NCBI GenBank assembly: GCA_009695045.1
Contig: SIBS01000004.1
Location: 1-47,931 of the forward strand
DNA from: Candidatus Levyibacteriota bacterium
GTDB lineage: Bacteria; Patescibacteriota; Microgenomatia; Levybacterales; UBA12049
DNA length: 47,931 nucleotides
Direction: 5' to 3'
Below, piece after piece: positions 38,958 to 47,600 of the stretch (its first letter is position 1; the number at the start of each line of letters is the position of its first letter). A program made the translations under genes and the position numbers. Under the pieces are notes generated by a model that saw only the letters and a program-made list of their open reading frames with translations, was not told the DNA's origin and searched no databases.

Positions 38958-39989
38958 ATGAGATTTTTAAAATTTAAGTTTATAATTGGAGTATCAATAG
39001 GCATTTATATAATTGGCATGCTTGCAAGCAATGCTAGTGCTGATGGAGTTAATCTTGGTGTCTATCCTCCAATTATTCAAATAATAGCAACTCCACCAGC
39101 AAAAATAGAAAGCGAGGTAACTATACAAAACCTAGAAAATCAGTCAATTAATGTATCTATTGAACTAAGACCATTTACCGCATCTAAGAAAGAGAATGGA
39201 GAAGTAAGATATCTTAATAAAAATGAGCCGTTTGGAGCTGATCCATTATTGCTACAAAGAATTGAGATAGTTGAAAATGGAAAAATTATCAAAGAAACCG
39301 TTCTTGGTCCCAAACAGAAAAAAACATTAAAAATAAATATCACTATTCCCAAAGAATCACCGCTATCAGACTACTATTTTTCTATTCTATTTATATCAAA
39401 ATCATATCAATATGATCAAATATCGCAATCAGAAAAAGAGCCAAAACAAAGTGGATCATTTATGCAGGTAGGGATTTCTACAAATATATTATTATCAGTA
39501 GGTCCAAAAGGTATTGCTAAAGGTACAATTGAAGAGTTCTCCTCACCGCTCTTTATGGAAAAGGGACCAGTTCCATTTACAGTAAGGATTAACAATAAAA
39601 GCGAACACTCAGTGGCACCAAAAGGAAATATTTTAATTAAAAATTTTTTTGGACAACTAATTGGCAACATTGAACTAGCGCAGGTAAATATACTCGCTGG
39701 AACTATTCGCTCTATACCAGATATAGAACATATCATAAATTTGAAAACTCAAAAAGAAATGCTATCAATGGATCATCCAAAAGCTTTTTGGACCGAATAT
39801 TTCCTACTAGGACCATACACAGCTACACTAACAACCTCACTAACCGACAATGGGCCAATTTATAGTCGTACTATCTATTTTTTTGGTTTCCCTATTCAAG
39901 GAGTAATTGGAATACTTATGTCAGTAATTATTGTCTTCTGGCTTAAGCAGAGAATAAATTATCATAAAAAAAATAAACCAAATACATAA
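38958..39989 (+). CDS. DUF916/WxL-interacting-protein-like secreted protein with C-terminal TM anchor
   Basis: Signal peptide (ASA), GVYPPIIQI, two Ig-like beta domains (..IPKESPLSDYYFSILF; VRINN..H..P.G.I), C-terminal TM plus basic tail. Confidence 0.65.
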   Translation: MRFLKFKFIIGVSIGIYIIGMLASNASADGVNLGVYPPIIQIIATPPAKIESEVTIQNLENQSINVSIELRPFTASKKENGEVRYLNKNEPFGADPLLLQRIEIVENGKIIKETVLGPKQKKTLKINITIPKESPLSDYYFSILFISKSYQYDQISQSEKEPKQSGSFMQVGISTNILLSVGPKGIAKGTIEEFSSPLFMEKGPVPFTVRINNKSEHSVAPKGNILIKNFFGQLIGNIELAQVNILAGTIRSIPDIEHIINLKTQKEMLSMDHPKAFWTEYFLLGPYTATLTTSLTDNGPIYSRTIYFFGFPIQGVIGILMSVIIVFWLKQRINYHKKNKPNT

Positions 39990-40104
39990 AATGTCTAATT
40001 ATGATTAATTAATTTTGCTAAATTATTAATAATCATGCTCATAACTATTGATATTTACTAAAATTATATTGATAATTACAAAACTAACTTATGTTTATAT
40101 ATTT

Positions 40105-41541
40105 ATGAAAATATTAAATAAATTATTAATTATATTTCTGGTATTGATTTATCAAGAATTATTAACAACAAAAGCACAGGCTTCGCCCCTTTTAACTATT
40201 TCAGATACAACAACTACCTCTCGCCCATCTTCAGCTTCCCCGCTCAATTCTGATGCTAGTATTGGAGACAATGTGCTCAAAATCTATGATAATAATTCTC
40301 GTTTTCTATCATCTGATAATGTAAAGATAATCCGAACATCAAATGCAGCAAATATAGCAACTGGATTTATGATTGCTTCTCAAGCCTCAGAATTAACATC
40401 TGTATATCTGACCAATGAAGGAGTGTCTGATTTTGTACAAGCCGGAACGGATGTATTAATCAATCCAGTTACCGCAATGCACAAGATAGTCTTTAAGACG
40501 GTAAATCCTATTCCTGCTGGAGGTAAAATAATTATTACTTTTCCAGGAATTAGCAACAACACCGCATCTCCATCTGCTTCATCATTTGCTTTTAATGGAC
40601 TCAATTCCGATACGGGAGAAAAAATAAAGGCACACAATGCCATCTGTAGTATTACTGTTGAATCACCTAGAATAACTTGTGTCACTTCTAATATTATTGT
40701 TGCTGGCACTACTATAACTCTTTTAATTGGATGCGCTAACAACACTGAGACGTCCTGCATTACACAATCACCAACAATTATTAATCCTACCAAAAAAAAT
40801 ATAGCAGGAGAGTCAAAAAGTTGGCTAATTTCAATAACAACTCAAGACTCTAGTACGATTCCCATTGTTATAGATTCTGGAAAAGCAGTGGTTAGCAATA
40901 TTGAATCAGTAACTATCCGTGCCAACGTAGATCCAACAATTACATTCACGATAACAGGTATTAATAATGGTTCTTCAATTAATTATCTAAATCCTAATTG
41001 TGGAATAAAGGAAACTACGAATACAGGCATCAATGCTACATTTTCTAGTATTGATATTGGTGTTGTTGATGAAATGCCTGAAATAAATCAAAAACTAAAT
41101 AATATTACCGCTCAACGCATCAACATTACAACAAATATATCAAATGGTTATTCACTCACGGCCACATCTAGTAGTCATTTAATAAATACTGTAACCGATA
41201 CATGGTTCAATGACTGGATTACTCCAAGAGCATTTAATCCAAATGTGGAAGGTTTTGGACTACATCCATGTGGTACTGATGCTCCAATTAATTTTAATGA
41301 AGGCCTATCACATTCAGTGGAGTGCTTTACAAAAACATCTGGATCTTCATCAAGAGAATGCCTGTACTCATGGCCCACTAGTACCAAGTCAATAACTATT
41401 GCATCACGAACTATTGGCCCAGTACAGGGAGAGAATGGATCCGGCATCACAAGCATATCCTATGCAGCGGGAACAGACAAATCTATACTAGCTGGTACAT
41501 ATAAAACTTCAATAACATATCTTGCGATTCCAATATTTTAA
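40105..41541 (+). CDS. Secreted WxL-like/pilin-like surface protein (large subunit)
   Basis: Signal peptide (AQA), Thr/Ser-rich beta domains, C-terminal domain homologous to 37730 (IDIG, NGYSLTA, GFG, GTD, AGTYKTSITYLAIPIF). ATG 40105 preferred. Confidence 0.7.
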   Translation: MKILNKLLIIFLVLIYQELLTTKAQASPLLTISDTTTTSRPSSASPLNSDASIGDNVLKIYDNNSRFLSSDNVKIIRTSNAANIATGFMIASQASELTSVYLTNEGVSDFVQAGTDVLINPVTAMHKIVFKTVNPIPAGGKIIITFPGISNNTASPSASSFAFNGLNSDTGEKIKAHNAICSITVESPRITCVTSNIIVAGTTITLLIGCANNTETSCITQSPTIINPTKKNIAGESKSWLISITTQDSSTIPIVIDSGKAVVSNIESVTIRANVDPTITFTITGINNGSSINYLNPNCGIKETTNTGINATFSSIDIGVVDEMPEINQKLNNITAQRINITTNISNGYSLTATSSSHLINTVTDTWFNDWITPRAFNPNVEGFGLHPCGTDAPINFNEGLSHSVECFTKTSGSSSRECLYSWPTSTKSITIASRTIGPVQGENGSGITSISYAAGTDKSILAGTYKTSITYLAIPIF

Positions 41542-41555
41542 CTTAAAATAAAATT

Positions 41556-42518
41556 ATGAATATTAAAATGAAATATCATTGGAGATTAAAAATTCTTATA
41601 CTAATCATCATATTTTCTACTTGCAATATCTATAGAGGAAGAACATATGCTCAAGAAATACAGCAACGGTCATTTACCATCAGTCCTCCTATTGTAGAAA
41701 AAGAACTTAATCCAGGAGACATATCTGAAGGAATTATTAAAATCGAAAATCAAAATAATGATAATCTTATTCTATCAATATCAACTCAAGATTATATAGT
41801 AGAAGACACGAATGGAACCCCAGCTCTCGTATCTTCAGATAAAATAATAAGTAAATATTCCGCAAAATCATGGATTGGAACAGATCAATCAACTGTCACG
41901 ATAGAGCCTCACAAAAAAATCGAAATATCATACTATATTAAAATTCCCAAAGATTCACGACCGGGAGGCCATTACGCTGCAATTATCTTCAGCCCAATTA
42001 ATCGAATTAACAACGAAGGAACAGGCGCTACTGTAAACACTTTGCTTGCATCTCTATTTTATCTTAACATAAAAGGAAATATAATTGAAAACGCATTGCT
42101 AAACAAAATTAAAATAAATAGCTTTCAAGAATATGGTCCAATAAATATAGCCACACAAATTAGAAATCTAGGCGATCTACATATTCGACCAGATGCAAAG
42201 TTCACGCTCTATGATACCTTTGGCAAAGTAATAGAAACACAGCAATTAAAAAAATCGAATATATTTCCAGGATCATCTCTTGACTTTAAAAATACCATGG
42301 GCAAAAAATGGATGATTGGACAATATAGAGTGGAATTTTTAGGAGGGTATGGAAAATACAATAATAAACCTCTCTCCTCGTCAATAACATTCATAATATT
42401 TCCATGGAAAATATCAATAATTATAATTCTTATCACTACCCTATTTATTCTTGGTACTATATATTTCGTAAGAGAAAGAGGCAGTAAGAGAGGTAGAAAT
42501 CCATTAATTATTCTTTAA
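41556..42518 (+). CDS. DUF916/WxL-interacting-protein-like secreted protein with C-terminal TM anchor
   Basis: Signal peptide, TISPPIVE..LNPGD, SAKSWI, IPKDSRPGGHYAAI, IRNLGDLH, C-terminal FPWK plus TM and basic tail; paralogous to 38958. Confidence 0.75.
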   Translation: MNIKMKYHWRLKILILIIIFSTCNIYRGRTYAQEIQQRSFTISPPIVEKELNPGDISEGIIKIENQNNDNLILSISTQDYIVEDTNGTPALVSSDKIISKYSAKSWIGTDQSTVTIEPHKKIEISYYIKIPKDSRPGGHYAAIIFSPINRINNEGTGATVNTLLASLFYLNIKGNIIENALLNKIKINSFQEYGPINIATQIRNLGDLHIRPDAKFTLYDTFGKVIETQQLKKSNIFPGSSLDFKNTMGKKWMIGQYRVEFLGGYGKYNNKPLSSSITFIIFPWKISIIIILITTLFILGTIYFVRERGSKRGRNPLIIL

Positions 42519-42624
42519 ATAAGTTATATTTTATCCTGAGCAAGATATAGCTATAAAAGTTATTAAATTATTACTCAATGCGCAATTTAAAAACATTATT
42601 AAAATAAAACTATCATAATTATAT

Positions 42625-43536
42625 CTAATAACCAATGAACCAACCATGATGCAACTTTTTCTTTTTTAATTTAGTTAGAAATTTCTTCCAAAATTTATTT
42701 TTAGTAATAATTGAGAATATCCTTGGATAAAGCCTAAATAGTAACATTAAGATTAAAATAAATAATGGGAATATCATCCACAATATATCAAAATTAATAT
42801 TTGATATATATTTCCATAATCTAGAAAAGAAATCATTTAACCAATTATTAAACTGATCAGTAACCGAAAGAACAATAATCATCGCCCCTTTTTTAGATTT
42901 AAAGGAATCCTTTCCTTTAAAGGTCGCCTCAGCAAAAATATAATTTTCACCCAATCCTAATCCAAATATTTCTACAGTATAGTAGCCTGATTTATCAGAG
43001 ATAGTTTTAATAATTTTACCATTGCTAATAATTTTCACTTCTGCTTCTGGCATAGTGTATCCAATTACCGTAGCTGAAGATCCTAGTGCTATTTTCGTCC
43101 TCACCAGTCCTATCGTTGGAGGCAAAAATAAATCTTTTTTTGTAATCACACTTTCAGCTGGTGGAAATGAAAAACACACTTCAGATATGCCAATTTTTTT
43201 AAAATCTACAGCAATTAAACAGAATTCAGATAGTCTTTTTTTTATAATTTCATTAGAGAAAGTAAAATAACCATCTTTGTCAGCAACGGTAGAATTTAAA
43301 AACTGATCTTCATTAATCCTTAAAACTATGCTTGCATAAGGACTAGCAGATCCAGATATATTTAAGAAATAATCACCAACGAATGCGCTTACGTTCACGG
43401 AATTATTAGATTGAATCGCAAATGCGAAATTAGTATGTATAGATATCAATATAGTACTTATTGTAATAAAAACTATCAATAGAAAATATTTTATTATTAA
43501 TTTTTTAAATATTATTTTTTTGAATTTAATCCACAT
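42625..43536 (-). CDS. Secreted/membrane protein with two Ig-like repeats and C-terminal TM
   Basis: Signal-like N-terminus; two repeats (ISGSASPYASI..ADKDGYFTF; VIGYTMPEAEV..SDKSGYYTV); TM; C-terminal LHHGWFIGY. Confidence 0.7.
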   Translation of the reverse strand: MWIKFKKIIFKKLIIKYFLLIVFITISTILISIHTNFAFAIQSNNSVNVSAFVGDYFLNISGSASPYASIVLRINEDQFLNSTVADKDGYFTFSNEIIKKRLSEFCLIAVDFKKIGISEVCFSFPPAESVITKKDLFLPPTIGLVRTKIALGSSATVIGYTMPEAEVKIISNGKIIKTISDKSGYYTVEIFGLGLGENYIFAEATFKGKDSFKSKKGAMIIVLSVTDQFNNWLNDFFSRLWKYISNINFDILWMIFPLFILILMLLFRLYPRIFSIITKNKFWKKFLTKLKKKKLHHGWFIGY

Positions 43537-44063
43537 ATATTATATTGCAAACTGCCCCATTAAGTTAACACATGCTCTACTATTATCCATAAAATATTAC
43601 ATTCGAAATAATTAATATTTTATATTTTTACTATATATTTATGATTCATATAATTATTTTTAATTCACCTATATATATTGTAGACGAATTTAGAGTAGAA
43701 AAACAAATGATAACAAATATAAAATATAATGCCGTAAACACAATCTAAATAGCAAATAATAAAAAATAGCATTTATTATATTTGGATTGCCAAATTATAA
43801 TTTTTAAAAGTTGAGCTACAATGATATGGTTATTTTTAATAATTACTTCTGTTTTAATATTTTCTTACATTCAGATTACTAGGACTATAGGACTTTATAC
43901 CTTGCTTAAAATACGAATAAAAATAGAAAAACTTATCATTTTTCAATTTAGATTATATTATTAATGATGTAATTTGAGATATTTAATATATAGATTGATG
44001 ATAAAAAAATACGAAATCTTTAAAATAATAAGGTTTTTATCGTCTTAAATTACCCTCTAATAC

Positions 44064-44096
44064 GTCCAAATCAATATACTAGATATTAATTTGGAC
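44064..44096. repeat. Inverted repeat with 13-bp arms and 7-bp spacer
   Basis: GTCCAAATCAATA-TACTAGA-TATTAATTTGGAC; arms are 12/13 complementary. Confidence 0.8.
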
Positions 44097-44122
44097 AAGC
44101 CTAGTATTTATACTATGGGATA

Positions 44123-44151
44123 TTGACAACGATACTAGTAGTTTCTAAGCT
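44123..44151 (+). promoter_or_regulatory. Sigma70-type promoter facing the giant ORF
   Basis: TTGACA, 17 bp containing the palindrome TACTAGTA, then TAAGCT. Confidence 0.6.
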
Positions 44152-44219
44152 ATAAGTGTATGAAAAATCAAATTATTTCAAGTAATTATTTAGATCATGA
44201 AAATTATTGCCCAGATACA

Positions 44220-44250
44220 AGATTATACAGATTATACAGATTATACAGAT
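44220..44250 (+). repeat. 9-bp tandem repeat (AGATTATAC) x3 plus partial copy
   Basis: agattatac agattatac agattatac agat read directly from the sequence. Confidence 0.9.
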
Positions 44251-44689
44251 ATATTAATTTAATGTTTTATCATCAAATAACTCTTCCCTATGCTTGTGCC
44301 TATTCATTTACATACTATAGACACTTTTCTATGACAGGAGTAAATCAAGAATGAATCCATATAAAATAAAACCATATATTAATTCACGAATATTAAAAAA
44401 AAACTATCAAACCTATCGCCCATTCATGGCCTCTGCTTCGGCCAAGATGTTTTGGGTATCAATTGCAATCACTTTAAGTTTTGTAATAAGTCAAACATTT
44501 TTATTTTTTACAAGATAAAAATATAAATATCTAAAATTACGCTAATAAAAATAACCTGTCCATGGATCACTTAAAGAGTTTATTAATATCAAAAAGTAAT
44601 AATCTGATATATATTATATCTTTTGTCGGGTCGTACACAAAAACATCATTCTTCATTAAGATAAATTCTAATTCTAAAAGGAGGCTACC

Positions 44690-47600
44690 ATGAGTTTACT
44701 GGAAAAGTTTAAAAAATACCTACAGGATCAGACTACGCCTGCATCTAGGGCTACAATAAAAAATTACTTAGCAGATGTTGGTCAATTTATAAAATGGTGC
44801 GAGGATAAATTTGGCTATTTTTCTCCAAAAGACATAAATTATGTAACTATTTCAACATATAAAAAAATTAAAAACGATTCTGGTATTTCATTAAGCTCAA
44901 TTGATAGGCATATTTCTTCGCTTCGTAAATTTCATACTTTTCTAAGTATAAGTAGTCATGATATTGAATCTAATCCATTTGTAGATCCTATTTCTAATTT
45001 TAACAATATTGTTCCTACGGATAAATGGAGTATTAAGAAATTTAAAGATTATCTTTATGCATGTAATTCATCGCCTCTTACTATAAAGAACTATATCGCT
45101 GATGTGCGTCAATTTACTAATTGGATAGAATCACATATGGCAAAAAATGGTCAGGGAATATGGACAGAAAACCTTCTAGAAAAAATTGATAACTCACTTC
45201 TCCAAAAATATAAAGACAACTTAATTAATTCTAATATCTCTGCGCTATCTATAAATCGAAAACTTTCATCTAATCGTAAGTATACTGGATGGGCACAAGA
45301 TAAGGGCCTAATGCATTTTCAATCTGAAATTATAAATATAAAAAAGCCAACATCTCAATATAGTATTCCAAAAAATAATAATGATCTATCTTCTAATGTA
45401 AATATGATAAAGACTAATAATTCTTTGTATTCAAATAATGATAATAGATTAAAAATAAAATATTCAATACTACCTCCAATTCGACTTTTACAAAAAATTT
45501 GGAATGGAATACTTTGGATACTTGATGAAATTTTTACAGGTCATATTATTGATATTATAGAAAATATTGATTATTTGCTTTGGAAAAGTAATGGGAAAAG
45601 AATTTTTGTTAACACAAAAAAGATTAGCAAAAATATTATTAATAATATTTCTTCAAACAAAAAATTAACAATTGCAAATATATCAAAATATGACTATTCA
45701 CATCATGAAATATCTACTACATCTATGCCATTACATTTTAAAATACTTCATCATCTACGAAATACTCGACCAAATTGGTATCATAAGTATCATTCTTACT
45801 CAATCTCCCACTATCTCCATTTTGCAATTCTTGTGATCGTAATGTCTGCATTAGGTTTTGGATTTTATCAAAAATTTATACAAGAAACTGGCACCAAAAG
45901 CATTGCTTTAGCAGGGCCAATATCGCCAAACAGGGTGCTTTCTTTTCAAGGAAGATTAACTGACAGTAATGATATTCCAATCACATCACAAAAAAAACTT
46001 AGATTTAGCATTTACAGCAATGAGACTTCAACCGCTGCTGCAGCCATTGAGCCATTTTTATGGCAGGAGTTACGAATTGCCACTCCTGATGCTGATGGAA
46101 TTTTTAGCGTACTTCTAGGATCTAATCCTACAGGTGGCCCTACTGGACTATGTGGTGATTTTCCAGCAACTACTCCATGTGGAATAAAACAATCAATATT
46201 TGGGGACCATGATTTATTATGGCTAGGCGTAAGCGTTGAAAATGATTCAGAGCTTACTCCTCGTCAACAAATTGCAACAGTTGCATTTGCAACAAATTCA
46301 GAACTTCTTCAAGGTCTACCCCCCACAATAGATACTGCATGGATTAGCAATAATACAAATACAAACGCTATACTTGCATTGAATAGTTCTGGCACTCTTT
46401 CAATCGGTGGAGCAAGCGGATCTAAGACTACATTTCAAGCAAACGGAAAGTATACGCTTACGGGACGGGTTTTATCAATTAACACAACTGCTGGAACAGA
46501 TACGAATATTGAAATTACTCCAGATGGTATTGGAAAGATAGATGTTCAAAAACCATTACAAAATAGCACAAGTAGTAACAATATACTCTCATCCATTGGA
46601 TCCGTGGAAATTGATGATACTTTTTCCGTACTTGCTACATCATCCGGAATACCAGCAGCAACAATAAATCAAAATGGATCAGGAGATATATTTACTGCAT
46701 CATCTTCTGGAAATACAAAATTTACAATTACAAATTCTGGTAATGTTGGAATAGGAAGCGTAATGCCTGGATATAAATTAGATGTTACCGGAGACATCAA
46801 CGTATCAGGTGGATTTAAGGTAAATGGCGTAAGCTTTACTGGTAGCTCTCAATGGACTACTAATTTAAATAATAGTATTTATTTCAATACTGGAAATGTT
46901 GGGATTGGAACTACTGCTCCGATAGGATTACTTCATGTTTCTGGAAGCGTTGGGGGCAATTCAATTGGAATAATAAATAATGAAGGTAGCGTTGGAGATA
47001 TATTTACTGCATCATCTTCCGGAAATACAAAATTTACAATTACAAATTTTGGAAATGTTGGCATTGGAAGTATTACGCCAAATGCAAAACTTCAGATTGT
47101 TGGATCTGATACATCAAATTCTATCTTTGCTGCAAACATTGGTGGGTCAACTGGTACAGGACTCATTGTTACAAATTCAGGAAATGTCGGGATTGGAAGC
47201 GTAACGCCTGGATATAAATTAGATGTTACCGGAGACATCAACGTATCAGGTGGATTTAAGGTAAATGGGTCAAGTTTTGGTAATCAATGGATCACAAGCG
47301 TAAATACTATATCAAACAGTAATTCTGGAAATGTTGGCATTGGAAGTATTACGCCAAATGCAAAACTTCAGATTTTTGGAGATGATGCACTCAATACCAG
47401 CTTTGCTGCTAATATTGGCGGAAATAATGCCCTAGAAACAGGACTCGTTGTTACAAATTTAAACAATGTAGGGATTGGAACAACTGTGCCATTTTTTAAA
47501 TTAGATATTGATGGAGATATTGGTCCAAGCTCAGATAATGCATATAATATTGGGTCATCTTCTCTGCGATGGGGTACTATTTATGCAAATTCTGTAAATA

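Noticed and set aside
43100-43130. LPPTIG as a sortase sorting signal in the 42625 protein
   Set aside because: It lies mid-protein between two Ig-like repeats, not next to the C-terminal TM, and does not fit LPXTG.
1130-43270. Short antisense or overlapping ORFs in the track (for example 1130-1384, 8224-8607, 9706-10005, 11843-12175, 18336-18914, 22207-22530, 33541-34005, 37068-37436, 40380-40793, 43022-43270)
   Set aside because: They lie within well-supported genes on the opposite strand or in another frame and have no recognisable motifs.
44220-44250. CRISPR array
   Set aside because: Contiguous 9-bp tandem repeat without spacers; no cas genes and no 23-50-bp spaced repeats seen anywhere in the window.
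44690-45310. Integrase, prophage or mobile element
   Set aside because: Only core-binding-like domains are present, with no catalytic tyrosine-recombinase domain. The ORF continues into a TM and fibre region, and there are no phage structural genes or att duplications in the window.
46980-47204. 74-aa ORF from the ORF track
   Set aside because: Alternative-frame shadow inside the giant 44690 ORF.
46682-47374. Diversity-generating retroelement TR/VR pair
   Set aside because: Copies differ by at most one T/C change rather than multiple sense-strand adenine substitutions, both copies are in frame within one gene, and no reverse transcriptase is in the window.
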